A stretch of DNA of 44,520 bases, from assembly GCA_963517805.1 (NCBI GenBank), contig CAUQHD010000001.1, positions 1-44,520 on the forward strand. Direction: 5' to 3'. The notes beneath the pieces are model-generated. The model saw only the letters and a list, made by a program, of their open reading frames with translations. It ran no database searches and was not told the origin of the DNA. Positions 25,070-33,801 of the stretch are shown here, piece after piece. The translations under genes were made by a program, and so were the position numbers. Source of the DNA: an uncultured Flavobacteriaceae bacterium (GTDB taxonomy: Bacteria; Bacteroidota; Bacteroidia; Flavobacteriales; Weeksellaceae). How positions within the stretch are numbered: position 1 is the stretch's first letter; each line of letters opens with the position of its first letter.

Positions 25070-25360
25070 ATGAGACAGGATATATTATTAGATAACAATA
25101 ACGATCTGCAATTATATAATGGGGATTTTGTAATTGATAACAGTGACCAACAACATGTAGAACATATAGTACATGCTCAAAAAGGAGAATATAAAAACTA
25201 TCCTATTACAGGTTTTGGGGTAGTAAATTATTTAAAGAAGACCAATCGTGTTAAAAGTGATTTTAAACGAGATTTAAAGATACAATTAGAAAATGATAAC
25301 TATCAAAATCCTAAAATTGACCTTTCAGATGGATTTGAAAACTTAAAAATAGAAATATAA
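25070..25360 (+). CDS. Baseplate wedge protein, gp25/W-like
   Basis: 96 aa. The call rests on size, position and GEYKNYPITGFG. Confidence 0.4.
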   Translation: MRQDILLDNNNDLQLYNGDFVIDNSDQQHVEHIVHAQKGEYKNYPITGFGVVNYLKKTNRVKSDFKRDLKIQLENDNYQNPKIDLSDGFENLKIEI

Positions 25361-25363
25361 AAT

Positions 25364-25657
25364 ATGACAACCATCATATTACACAATCAAAGTCTTTTAG
25401 ATTTGGCGGTTCAGCACACGGGAGCAGTAGAAAATACCTTTGCGATTGCTGTTGCTAATGGACTGAGTCTGACCGATGATTTACCTGCAGGAGCAGAAAT
25501 TAAGATTCCAGACAGCGTGAATAAAGACAGCGATGTGCTGAATTATTACATCGCAAAAAGACTTCAACCTGCCACAGCAGTAATCCTGCCTCCAGAGGAG
25601 GAAAGATTAGAGGGTATTGGATATTGGGTTATTCAAACAGATTTTAAAGTAAGTTAA
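25364..25657 (+). CDS. Tail protein X-like (LysM-like fold)
   Basis: SLLDLAVQHTGAVENTFAIAVANGLSLTDDLPAGAEIKIPD fits the P2 gpX/LysM pattern. Confidence 0.5.
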   Translation: MTTIILHNQSLLDLAVQHTGAVENTFAIAVANGLSLTDDLPAGAEIKIPDSVNKDSDVLNYYIAKRLQPATAVILPPEEERLEGIGYWVIQTDFKVS

Positions 25658-25661
25658 AAAA

Positions 25662-26501
25662 ATGGCACGAACAATAGAACAAATCAACAGCGAAATCATC
25701 AAGGCAAAGGAATCAGAACCTGCTCTTGCAGGGCTGACATCGACCAGCAAGGTGGCAATATGGAGGCTTTGGGCGTATATCACAGCATTTGTGATTTACA
25801 CACTGGAACTGATATTTGACCAGCACAAAGCGGAGGTTTTAGATGCCTTAACTCAATTAAAGCCCCACACGGCAAGATGGTACCGCAACAAGGCATTAGC
25901 CTTTCAATATGGATTTGACTTAATCACGGACACAGATAAATTCAATAATCAAGGATTTTCCGAAGACCAGATTTCGGCTTCTAAAATTGTCAAATTTTCT
26001 GCAGTAACCGAAGCGGATACAGAGAGCCGTCTCATTGTCAAAATTGCCACTGAACAAGGCGGAGAACTTCAGCCAATAAGCGTTGGACAAAAAGCCTCTT
26101 TTGATGCCTATATGAACGAAATCAAAGACGCAGGGGTAAGAATTACAGTTATCAATTATCTGCCCGATGTTCTCAAATTACAGATGAAAATCTACCGAGA
26201 CCCTTTGGTTTTGGACGAGAATGGACAAAGCATCATAACGGGTAAAAAGCCGGTAGAAGATGCCATTAAAGAGTATTTGAAAAATCTGCCTTTTGATGGA
26301 GAATTAGTCCTCGCACACTTGGTGGATGCTCTCCAACAGGTAGAGGGAGTAAGAATCCCGCATATCATTTTGGCTGAAAGCAAATGGATAGATGCAGGAG
26401 TGAATGATTATGGTGGTTATGAGACCATAGAGGTTAAGAAAATCCCTGTTTCGGGGTATTTTAAGATAGAGAATTTCAATAATATAGAGTATGTGGTTTA
26501 A
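25662..26501 (+). CDS. Baseplate J-like protein
   Basis: 279 aa. The call rests on its position in the baseplate cluster. Confidence 0.4.
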   Translation: MARTIEQINSEIIKAKESEPALAGLTSTSKVAIWRLWAYITAFVIYTLELIFDQHKAEVLDALTQLKPHTARWYRNKALAFQYGFDLITDTDKFNNQGFSEDQISASKIVKFSAVTEADTESRLIVKIATEQGGELQPISVGQKASFDAYMNEIKDAGVRITVINYLPDVLKLQMKIYRDPLVLDENGQSIITGKKPVEDAIKEYLKNLPFDGELVLAHLVDALQQVEGVRIPHIILAESKWIDAGVNDYGGYETIEVKKIPVSGYFKIENFNNIEYVV

Positions 26502-26952
26502 TCTGGACATCCCAAAATTGACAAGCCTTTTAACTCCGACTTTCCTCCGTAGGGAAAAGCTCTCGGCATGGCTTCGGGCGCTTCATTATCCACTTATCAA
26601 AGTTGCGGATGATTTCAATGTGAATAGGAATGCTAACCTCTACAATATCGCTCACAATGGGCAGGTGTGCTATCTCCGCGCTGCGCTTAACGATAAGTTT
26701 GACATCAGTCAAAGGCGGATAAAGATAACTGACGGAAACAGGTTTCAACGGCAGTATATCTATACCAGGGGAGAGCAAAAACCGAAGTTTTTGGGTACGA
26801 TTTATCTCTATGAAAGAGCCGATTATGGCGATACAGGAGTTGATTTTATCGTACTGATTCCGAGAGGACTGCTGTATAATGAATTTGAAATGAAATACTT
26901 AATAGATTTTTATAAACTAGCTTCAAAACGCTATAAAATACAAGAATATTAA
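26491..26952 (+). CDS. Hypothetical baseplate/tail protein (153 aa)
   Basis: Overlapping ORF in the operon. Confidence 0.45.
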   Translation: MWFNLDIPKLTSLLTPTFLRREKLSAWLRALHYPLIKVADDFNVNRNANLYNIAHNGQVCYLRAALNDKFDISQRRIKITDGNRFQRQYIYTRGEQKPKFLGTIYLYERADYGDTGVDFIVLIPRGLLYNEFEMKYLIDFYKLASKRYKIQEY

Positions 26953-26953
26953 C

Positions 26954-27754
26954 ATGAATATAGTAAGATATAAACAAACAGGAGGGTTTCCGCTGGATAC
27001 CAATAATCTGGATTTTCTGCAAAGTTCTTTCCATATCCTTAACACGCTTGGGAATTTGGCTGGTGATATGGTAATTATCTCGGGGTGTGAAACAGCAGGG
27101 AACACGGTAAGTAACGGAGTGGTTTATGTGAACAAAGAAGTATTGGAGTTCAGAGGCGGAAGTCTTTCGGCTAATGTCTTTATCAAAGAAGAGGAAGTAT
27201 CAGGAACTTTTGAAGACGGTTCATTTAAACCTATTGAGATTACACGATATGTAACATTCGGAAGCTCTACACCCGATAAAACCTTTAAATGGGAAGATTT
27301 TAAGCGTGTAGATAATTTGATAAAGCAAGGGGTAAAGAATGCTGATTTTGAGAAAAGAATTAAAGCTCTTGAAAACAAGAAAAGCCCTGTGCCGATTGGT
27401 TTAATTGCCATCTGGGGGAAACCAGCCAGCGAACCTATACCAGAGGGCTGGAAAGAGTGCACCGACCTTAGGGGAAGAATGCCCCTGGGCTGGAATCCAG
27501 ATGATACTGATTTTAACGAATTGCTTAAAAATGATGGAGAAAAGACACACCAGCTGACCATTGCAGAAATGCCCGCTCATAGCCATAAACTACCGGCGTC
27601 TCCTCATAGAAGTGAAAGTGGAGGGGGATGGTTTCAGACAAATGGTAGTGGTGCTGGCTGGTATGATTCGCAAACTACTGGAGGCAACCAGCCGCACAAT
27701 AATATGCCTCCATACAGAATTATTAAGTTCATTGAGTTTGTAGGATTTAATTAA
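26954..27754 (+). CDS. Tail fibre protein with phage tail collar domain
   Basis: IPEGWKECTDLRGRMPLGW...GEKTHQLTIAEMPAHSHKL...GGNQPHNNMPPYRIIKFI matches the Collar (MdpB-like) domain signature. Confidence 0.8.
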   Translation: MNIVRYKQTGGFPLDTNNLDFLQSSFHILNTLGNLAGDMVIISGCETAGNTVSNGVVYVNKEVLEFRGGSLSANVFIKEEEVSGTFEDGSFKPIEITRYVTFGSSTPDKTFKWEDFKRVDNLIKQGVKNADFEKRIKALENKKSPVPIGLIAIWGKPASEPIPEGWKECTDLRGRMPLGWNPDDTDFNELLKNDGEKTHQLTIAEMPAHSHKLPASPHRSESGGGWFQTNGSGAGWYDSQTTGGNQPHNNMPPYRIIKFIEFVGFN

Positions 27755-27765
27755 AATTTAAGATT

Positions 27766-28050
27766 ATGGCACAAACAGCAATAAATACAATAAAACAGTG
27801 GTTTAAAACAGGTTTAAAACCTACACAGGAACAATTCTGGAATTGGATAGATTCCTTCTGGCACAAGGATGAACTGATACCGCAGGACAAAGTCCAAGAT
27901 TTGGAAACCACGCTTTCTGGCAAGGCCGATGCCGACCGGTTGGAAAACAAAGCTAATGCAGATGCTACAGGACTGACAGAGGAGCATGTTGCTAAATGGC
28001 GGGAGGCACTAGGTATTAAACCCACAGCATCGGGAAAATCTTTTGAATAA
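27766..28050 (+). CDS. Tail-fibre-associated protein (94 aa)
   Basis: The N-terminal WFKTGLKPTQEQFWNWIDSFWHKDE motif is common at tail-fibre N-termini in Bacteroidota phages (from recollection). Confidence 0.45.
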   Translation: MAQTAINTIKQWFKTGLKPTQEQFWNWIDSFWHKDELIPQDKVQDLETTLSGKADADRLENKANADATGLTEEHVAKWREALGIKPTASGKSFE

Positions 28051-28077
28051 TAACATTAACATTAAATATATAACATT

Positions 28078-29175
28078 ATGAGATTCGTAGAATTACAGAC
28101 AAGACCTCTGACAGAGGCAGCGCCGGCACCCGGAACAATTGTCACAGAAAAAGACACACTAATCGCACATCAGGTATCGGCAACCGAAGCCGATTTGTAT
28201 GTGACCGACGACAAAGGAAAAGCCTTGAAAGTAAGAACAGAAAGCACACAATCCAGCGGAAGCGGAGGAACAACGGAGGACACTCGCTATGTGCAGAAAG
28301 AACAAGTGGATAACCTTATTCCAGAGATGGATAAAGATAAGAGGATTAAGTTTTTAGAGTCAATATTTAATGGGGCTTATTTAGCCGATGAAATGGGGGG
28401 AAGTGAATCACAGAACACTACCAAGATAGAATTTGACACAGCATCGGCTAATATGGGAGTAAATATTGTTTCAAGAGAAAAGTATTATACTATAGGTAAT
28501 AATGGAGGGACTCTTACTTTCTTTGATAATCACGGAACGCAATTAACAAAAGTGTTAGCTAAGGATGATTGTTTAGCCTCTGTTTATGACAAGGATAATA
28601 ATAATCTTTTCAAAGGAAGAGTGTTTGTTCCACGCATTATGGGGGGAGGAAAGAGTGTAGTAGAAAGAAATGGTGTAGGACTTCCTTTTGCTGGAAATAA
28701 TACACTTGTTAAGTTTGAAAGGGTTAGTGTTAGGGAATCTGACCTCAAATCAGTTGAATTTTTAATTGATGAGTCAAGCTTTGGAACTCACCCTCAAAAA
28801 AGGTGGATAATGCATGATGTGCAAAATATTATTACATTATCTCCTATATATCCAGGACCGTTAAATCTAGATAATTTAACTGGTGTAAAGTTCTTAAATG
28901 GAAGTTTAAAAGAAAAAGTTAAGCTATACAAAAATAGTCTTAATAAATATCAGGTTATTGTAAAAATTAACATAGATTCATCAATGAGTAAGATTGCGTT
29001 TATTGGGGTAAATGGAGCGACTGAAACAGAATTAAATACCCCCGTTAAGCTTACCCCTGCACAGATTGATAATCTTGGAGAATATAAGAGTCTTCTCTCT
29101 GGAAATCAAGCAGGAGTTTACTTGTTTACCCTTGATAATCTTCCAGAAAAAGTAATGATAAGACATAGAGAGTAA
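28078..29175 (+). CDS. Distal tail fibre / receptor-binding protein candidate
   Basis: 365 aa, last gene of the late operon, followed by a strong terminator. Confidence 0.5.
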   Translation: MRFVELQTRPLTEAAPAPGTIVTEKDTLIAHQVSATEADLYVTDDKGKALKVRTESTQSSGSGGTTEDTRYVQKEQVDNLIPEMDKDKRIKFLESIFNGAYLADEMGGSESQNTTKIEFDTASANMGVNIVSREKYYTIGNNGGTLTFFDNHGTQLTKVLAKDDCLASVYDKDNNNLFKGRVFVPRIMGGGKSVVERNGVGLPFAGNNTLVKFERVSVRESDLKSVEFLIDESSFGTHPQKRWIMHDVQNIITLSPIYPGPLNLDNLTGVKFLNGSLKEKVKLYKNSLNKYQVIVKINIDSSMSKIAFIGVNGATETELNTPVKLTPAQIDNLGEYKSLLSGNQAGVYLFTLDNLPEKVMIRHRE

Positions 29176-29185
29176 GTAAAGATTA

Positions 29186-29210
29186 CCAGCGTCTTCGGGC
29201 GCTGGGTTTT
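29186..29210 (+). terminator. Rho-independent terminator with UUCG tetraloop
   Basis: CCAGCGTC-TTCG-GGGCGCTGG (8-bp stem including one G:U), followed by GTTTT. Confidence 0.75.
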
Positions 29211-29225
29211 AAAAAAGAAAGAATT

Positions 29226-29588
29226 ATGAATGAATTTATAAATGAACACATTTTGCCGCACTTCGGAACTTTCATTTCCGCAGTGCTGACGGGTTTGGCG
29301 GGGTTTATCTTTGGAAAGCGGAAACAGAAGGCAGAAACCGAATCTATTGAAATCAACAATGACACGGTAGAAATCGGAAATGCCGACAAGCTAGTGAAAG
29401 TCTATAAAGATACTTTGGATGACCTACAGACCCGATATGAGGCTAAGTTTAAGGAAATCACAGGGCTTTATGAAGACAAAATCAAGCTCTTGCAGGACGA
29501 AATCACCATTTTAAAGAGAAGCATCAAGCAGCTGAAAGAAGAAAATATACTGCTTCGGCAAAGGCTCAAAGAAAATAATTTAGAGTAA
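29226..29588 (+). CDS. Type II membrane protein with coiled-coil ectodomain (i-spanin/holin-like architecture)
   Basis: N-terminal TM FGTFISAVLTGLAGFIFG, then a heptad-rich region (LQDEITILKRSIKQLKEENILLRQRLKE). Confidence 0.5.
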   Translation: MNEFINEHILPHFGTFISAVLTGLAGFIFGKRKQKAETESIEINNDTVEIGNADKLVKVYKDTLDDLQTRYEAKFKEITGLYEDKIKLLQDEITILKRSIKQLKEENILLRQRLKENNLE

Positions 29589-29596
29589 AATCCTCT

Positions 29597-29622
29597 GGAG
29601 GACAGGATTAAAAATGTCCTCC
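29597..29622. repeat. 8-bp perfect inverted repeat GGAGGACA-N10-TGTCCTCC between convergent genes
   Basis: Lies 9 nt after the stop at 29588 and overlaps the last codons of the minus-strand gene 29608-30816. Confidence 0.5.
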
Positions 29623-30816
29623 TATTTCGATTAGATCAAGACAATAATTCCATAAAATGACCCAAGGGAATAATTTGTAAAGTCCATATATCAAACATAA
29701 TGAAACTGTAATTAATAAGATATAATATAACAATTTTTGTCTATTTAGCAACCTATCAATTCGTTTTTTATCATCAATCCATTGTGTTTTTAATTTTTCA
29801 GGTATTTTACCTTTTTCTTCATAATTATCTACATCCTCTTTTATATAACCTAATACTAATTTCTGATTTGTTAGAGCACAAACACATATAATACAATAAA
29901 TACATAAAGCAAGGTATACTAACCAATTATCTCCTGATTTTAACGCTATAGGAATTGTGGTTAAAAAAGGTAATCCTAAAAATTGAGGTAAAACTTTACT
30001 TATTGTATCATTTGCTTTTACTACAAACTTTTCACTGTTTTCTTCCAATTTTTTAACAAACCTCTCATAACTAAAATTTTCAAGATAGAGAGCATACTGT
30101 GCTTGTACAGATTCATTAATATCTTTAATTCTTTTTATTACATGTAATAAATTAGCATTTTGAGGTAATGCATCAGATAAAACGAAAGCTAAAATAGATT
30201 TCTTTTCATCAATATGACTGCTTGTTTCTTCATCATCTAACCATTCTTTAAAATCTATAAGTAGTTTGTAACTATCCTTATGTAGATTAGATAATAAACT
30301 TATAAATTGGGGTATATGACTACTAACATCAAAAGATAATTCAAATGTTTTTTTACTAAAAAATATTAACTTTCTATTAGTATTATCTGTGTAAGAATCC
30401 ATAGTAATTAATTGAGATAAAAAATCTTTAATTACTAAATAATTTACTATAATTTGTGATTTGTTTTCATCAAATGATGCTATATCTTCTGATTTTATAT
30501 AGTAAGGAGAATGGTTAAAAGATTGATTATTTATATTTGCCATATCACCCTTAATAAAAGATTCTATATTATTATAAAAACGCCCAAATGTTGGTTTTGG
30601 TGTACCAAATTGAATTTTAACAGTATTCCCTATCGCTAGATCACCATCTAAAATGTTGAAATTAGTATTTTCAAAGTATTCATCCGATGATAATAATTGT
30701 AATAGTTGAAGTTCTTCTGAAGATTCTATTAAATAAATCCCCTCTCCCAAATTTATATCAATTTGGGATTCACGGTAAATTTGGATTAAATCTACAAAAG
30801 AAACACTATTATTCAT
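29608..30816 (-). CDS. Orphan membrane protein (about 280-aa soluble N-terminal region plus 3-4 C-terminal TM helices), partner of the NdpA-like gene
   Basis: 402 aa. Hydrophobic segments are LPFLTTIPIAL, WLVYLALCIYCIICVCAL, LLYYILLITVSLCLIYGLY and FPWVILWNYCL. The ATG lies 2 nt after the upstream stop. Very AT-rich. Confidence 0.7.
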   Translation of the reverse strand: MNNSVSFVDLIQIYRESQIDINLGEGIYLIESSEELQLLQLLSSDEYFENTNFNILDGDLAIGNTVKIQFGTPKPTFGRFYNNIESFIKGDMANINNQSFNHSPYYIKSEDIASFDENKSQIIVNYLVIKDFLSQLITMDSYTDNTNRKLIFFSKKTFELSFDVSSHIPQFISLLSNLHKDSYKLLIDFKEWLDDEETSSHIDEKKSILAFVLSDALPQNANLLHVIKRIKDINESVQAQYALYLENFSYERFVKKLEENSEKFVVKANDTISKVLPQFLGLPFLTTIPIALKSGDNWLVYLALCIYCIICVCALTNQKLVLGYIKEDVDNYEEKGKIPEKLKTQWIDDKKRIDRLLNRQKLLYYILLITVSLCLIYGLYKLFPWVILWNYCLDLIEIGGHF

Positions 30817-30818
30817 TG

Positions 30819-31790
30819 TTAATCAAAAGCTTTTAAAAGACTTTCTGTAGGGTTGTTAATAATTATTTTACCATTTTCTATAAATATATCTCCATTATTA
30901 ATTGCATCCCTAGTAAAGAATAAACTCCAATGTTTAGTTTTTCCAGTATATGTTGATAATGATTTTATAGAACGCTTATCTGGAATGAATCCATCAGATA
31001 CACCATTCTCACCCCCTAATCGCTCTTTCAAAAGTTGTGGTTCTTCAGGGTAAATTTGGTTTGAGAATGTTTCTAATACAAAAGGTTCATTATTATCACT
31101 AATGTGGGCTAAATAGTTTTTAGCCCTTTCAAAAAAATCAGTTTTTTCTTCTTGGGAAAATTGTTTATCAGAGGCAAATTCTTCAAGAAAATTGACAAGT
31201 TTTTTTGTTTCTGTACTTGCTATTAAAGCATCATTACAAGCCAAAAACTCCTTAAAATATTCTGAAACATCATCTTTTCCTTTCAAAAAACTGATATAGC
31301 GACTTTTATCATTATTTTGCCAAGCTGTTAAATTAACTCGACCAGCAAATTTTAAATGTTCAATGTCTAATATTTCATTCTCTGTTATCTGCCAATCTTG
31401 GGCCAAAAAACCAGCTTTTTCAGATAGAATAGCAACTAATATGTAAATATTATTTTCACTCTCATAATGAATAATAAATACTTTACCACCTGTAGCTAAT
31501 CTTTGATTATTAACCTTATTTAACAAAATATTCATCATTCTCTCCGTTAAATTATGGAAATTATTATCAGATAAATATTCCCGTAATAATCTAGGCATAG
31601 GATAAATATCTTCATTTTCATTAAAGATTCCATACCCCTTACCTGCTCTACCTGTATAAGCCTTATTCAATTGATCCAAAAACTTACGATGTGAATCATT
31701 TGGAATAAGCTGATTAGGGTTAATATCTAATGTGCCTTCAGAAGAATATTGCTTCTTATTTAGAATATGGTAAATGATATCTTTAATCAT
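30819..31790 (-). CDS. Nucleoid-associated protein, NdpA/YejK family
   Basis: 323 aa, collinear with E. coli YejK as I recall it. Matching blocks: IIYHILNKK/IALHQLIKR, GKGYGIF/NKAYGLF, GGKVFIIHY/GGFVLFCHY, ILVAILS/LLVAVLS, RYISFLKGK/RYLTFLKGR, FIPDKRSIKSLSTY/FPADRSTLRQLTKF. Confidence 0.85.
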   Translation of the reverse strand: MIKDIIYHILNKKQYSSEGTLDINPNQLIPNDSHRKFLDQLNKAYTGRAGKGYGIFNENEDIYPMPRLLREYLSDNNFHNLTERMMNILLNKVNNQRLATGGKVFIIHYESENNIYILVAILSEKAGFLAQDWQITENEILDIEHLKFAGRVNLTAWQNNDKSRYISFLKGKDDVSEYFKEFLACNDALIASTETKKLVNFLEEFASDKQFSQEEKTDFFERAKNYLAHISDNNEPFVLETFSNQIYPEEPQLLKERLGGENGVSDGFIPDKRSIKSLSTYTGKTKHWSLFFTRDAINNGDIFIENGKIIINNPTESLLKAFD

Positions 31791-31982
31791 ATTTATTGTT
31801 TATTATTGCACGAATTTATGGCTTTTGATCTAACTATACAAAAAAACTTTTAAATTTTATACTTTTTTTCCAATCAAAAATGGGAAGTCATACCCAAAAA
31901 TTTCTTTACTTTTGGTTTTGCCGATTATAAAAATGCAATTCTTTTTAATACGAAAAAAAGAATTTTTTCAAGGAAAAATATA

Positions 31983-32007
31983 CAAAAAAAGCCCTTAAAA
32001 AGAGCTT
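31983..32007 (-). terminator. Putative pdxA terminator
   Basis: On the minus-strand RNA: AAGCUC - 7-nt loop - GGGCUU (one G:U that pairs only in this orientation), followed by U7. Confidence 0.5.
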
Positions 32008-32010
32008 TGG

Positions 32011-33099
32011 TTATAGTGTTGTTTCTTCTGGCAGGTCTTCATCTTCATTCCCCATGGAAATGTTTTTCGGTTTGAGCTGATTTTTCAATAATTCTAAATT
32101 TTCAGTTCTGTTTCTAAAAATTTTTATCGCTGTGAATACCGCTTCTTTGAAAGACTGCTCGTCTGCTAAATCTTTCCCTGCGATATCATAAGCGGTACCG
32201 TGGTCTGGCGAAGTCCTGATGAAAGGCATTCCAGCGGTATAATTGACCCCTTTTTCATAAGCAATGGTTTTGAAAGGCGTCAAACCTTGGTCGTGATACA
32301 TGGCTAAAACAGCATCAAAAACTCCGTATTTATCGGGTTGGAAAAAGCTGTCAGCTGGATAAGGCCCAAAGGTAAGAATTCCTTCATCGAAGAGTTCTTT
32401 TATGGCTGGTTCTATGATTTCTATTTCTTCGTTCCCGATTACACCGCCATCTCCCGAATGAGGGTTGAGTCCTAGAACAGCAATTTTCGGTTTTTGGATA
32501 GAAAAATCCTTAAATAAGCAGTCGTTTATAGTTTTTACTTGTTCCTTTATTTTTTCTTTGGATATGCTCTGTGCCACCTTAGAAACAGGGATATGATGCG
32601 TGGAAACGGCTACTTTTAGGTTTTCGGTTACTAAAAACATCAGTCCTTTTTTTCCGAATTTCTCTTCTAAATATTCTGTGTGGCCTGTGTGCCGGAAGCC
32701 ATGTTTTATCATTTCATCTTTGTTGATAGGGGCGGTTACAAGCACATCTACTTCTCCTTTCATCAGGGCGTTTGTTGCTGCTTCTAAGGAGTCTATGGCC
32801 AGTTTGGTAGATTCTTCGGTAGGCGTTCCGAAATTTACATCTATTTCATCTTTCCGGAGATTTACAATGTTGATTTTTCCGTTTGCCGCTTCTGAAGCAT
32901 GAGTGATATAATTGAAATTAAACTGAAGTTTAAAAACATTTTTTTGGTAAGAAAACAATTTTCCAGACCCAAAAATAATGGGAGTGAAAAAATCTGTAAT
33001 GTTTTTGTCTTTCAGTGTTTTTAAAATAACTTCCGGGCCGATGCCGTTGTAATCTCCGATGGAGATGCCTACTCTTATTTTATGTTGTTTAGAATTCAT
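32011..33099 (-). CDS. pdxA: 4-hydroxythreonine-4-phosphate dehydrogenase
   Basis: GIGPEVILK, HTGHTEYL, LNPHSGDGG, MYHDQGL and SPDHGTA motifs. Start taken at the internal ATG (MNSKQHKIRVGIS). Confidence 0.9.
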   Translation of the reverse strand: MNSKQHKIRVGISIGDYNGIGPEVILKTLKDKNITDFFTPIIFGSGKLFSYQKNVFKLQFNFNYITHASEAANGKINIVNLRKDEIDVNFGTPTEESTKLAIDSLEAATNALMKGEVDVLVTAPINKDEMIKHGFRHTGHTEYLEEKFGKKGLMFLVTENLKVAVSTHHIPVSKVAQSISKEKIKEQVKTINDCLFKDFSIQKPKIAVLGLNPHSGDGGVIGNEEIEIIEPAIKELFDEGILTFGPYPADSFFQPDKYGVFDAVLAMYHDQGLTPFKTIAYEKGVNYTAGMPFIRTSPDHGTAYDIAGKDLADEQSFKEAVFTAIKIFRNRTENLELLKNQLKPKNISMGNEDEDLPEETTL

Positions 33100-33213
33100 T
33101 TTTACTAAATTTTGGATGAAATACAAAGTTAATTTAATTTTATCAAAAATATAAATGAGATGAGATAATTTTAAAAATTTGTTTAATTTTATGCTTTCAA
33201 TAATTATTTTTAA

Positions 33214-33801
33214 ATGTTTACAGGAATTATAGAAACTACAGGCAGAGTAGAAAATATAGAAAAAGAGGGAACGAACATTCTTTTTACGATGAGTTGTCCT
33301 TTTACAAAAGAGCTAAAAATAGACCAGAGCGTTTCGCATGATGGCTGTTGTCTTACGGTGTATGATATAGAAAATCAGCAGTATAAGATAGCTGCAATAC
33401 ACGAAACTTTGGAAAAAACAAATTTGGGAAATTGGGAAATTGGTACGGAGGTCAATTTGGAACGCTGTGTCCTTATGAATGGCCGATTAGACGGGCATAT
33501 CGTGCAGGGGCATGTGGACCAGACAGGAGTTGTAAAATCTATTGAAAATAAAAACGGAAGTCATTTGATTACCATAGAACACAGCGAAAAGGATGGATTC
33601 GTCACTATTCCACAAGGGTCTATTGCAGTGAACGGCATCAGCCTTACTGTCGCTCACAGCGGAGAGAACGAATTTTCCGTTGCCATTATTCCTTATACTT
33701 GGGAACATACTAATCTGAAACATCTTTCCGCAGGAGATAAAGTAAATCTGGAATTTGATGTTATTGGAAAATATATTGCAAAACTAATTCGCAGACCATG
33801 A
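33214..33801 (+). CDS. ribE: Riboflavin synthase alpha subunit
   Basis: MFTGIIE start with duplicated lumazine-binding repeats (SVSHDGCCLTV / SIAVNGISLTV). Confidence 0.9.
   Translation: MFTGIIETTGRVENIEKEGTNILFTMSCPFTKELKIDQSVSHDGCCLTVYDIENQQYKIAAIHETLEKTNLGNWEIGTEVNLERCVLMNGRLDGHIVQGHVDQTGVVKSIENKNGSHLITIEHSEKDGFVTIPQGSIAVNGISLTVAHSGENEFSVAIIPYTWEHTNLKHLSAGDKVNLEFDVIGKYIAKLIRRP

Larger units (their letters stand above)
1..31900 (+). mobile_element. Mu-like transposable prophage (left end lies outside the window; right boundary not pinpointed, between about 29.6 kb and 31.98 kb)
   Basis: Mu-type gene content and order: divergent repressor and Cro/Ner-like switch, DDE transposase, MuB-like AAA+ ATPase, DUF3164-like, endolysin, gp27/gp28-like terminase, DUF935 portal plus MuF, Mu G-like, protease-scaffold, capsid, contractile tail, baseplate, fibres. 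Housekeeping pdxA follows from 32011. Confidence 0.8.

Noticed and set aside
26954-29175. Diversity-generating retroelement or Gin-type invertible tail-fibre segment
   Set aside because: There is no reverse transcriptase, no template/variable repeat pair that I could see, no invertase gene and no inverted alternative fibre exons in the window.
31907-31969. Small RNA from a TACTTTTG box (31907-31914) to the AT hairpin at 31937-31964
   Set aside because: A TAnnTTTG match is expected by chance about once per 1-2 kb in DNA this AT-rich, and the hairpin is pure A/T. The support is too weak to call.
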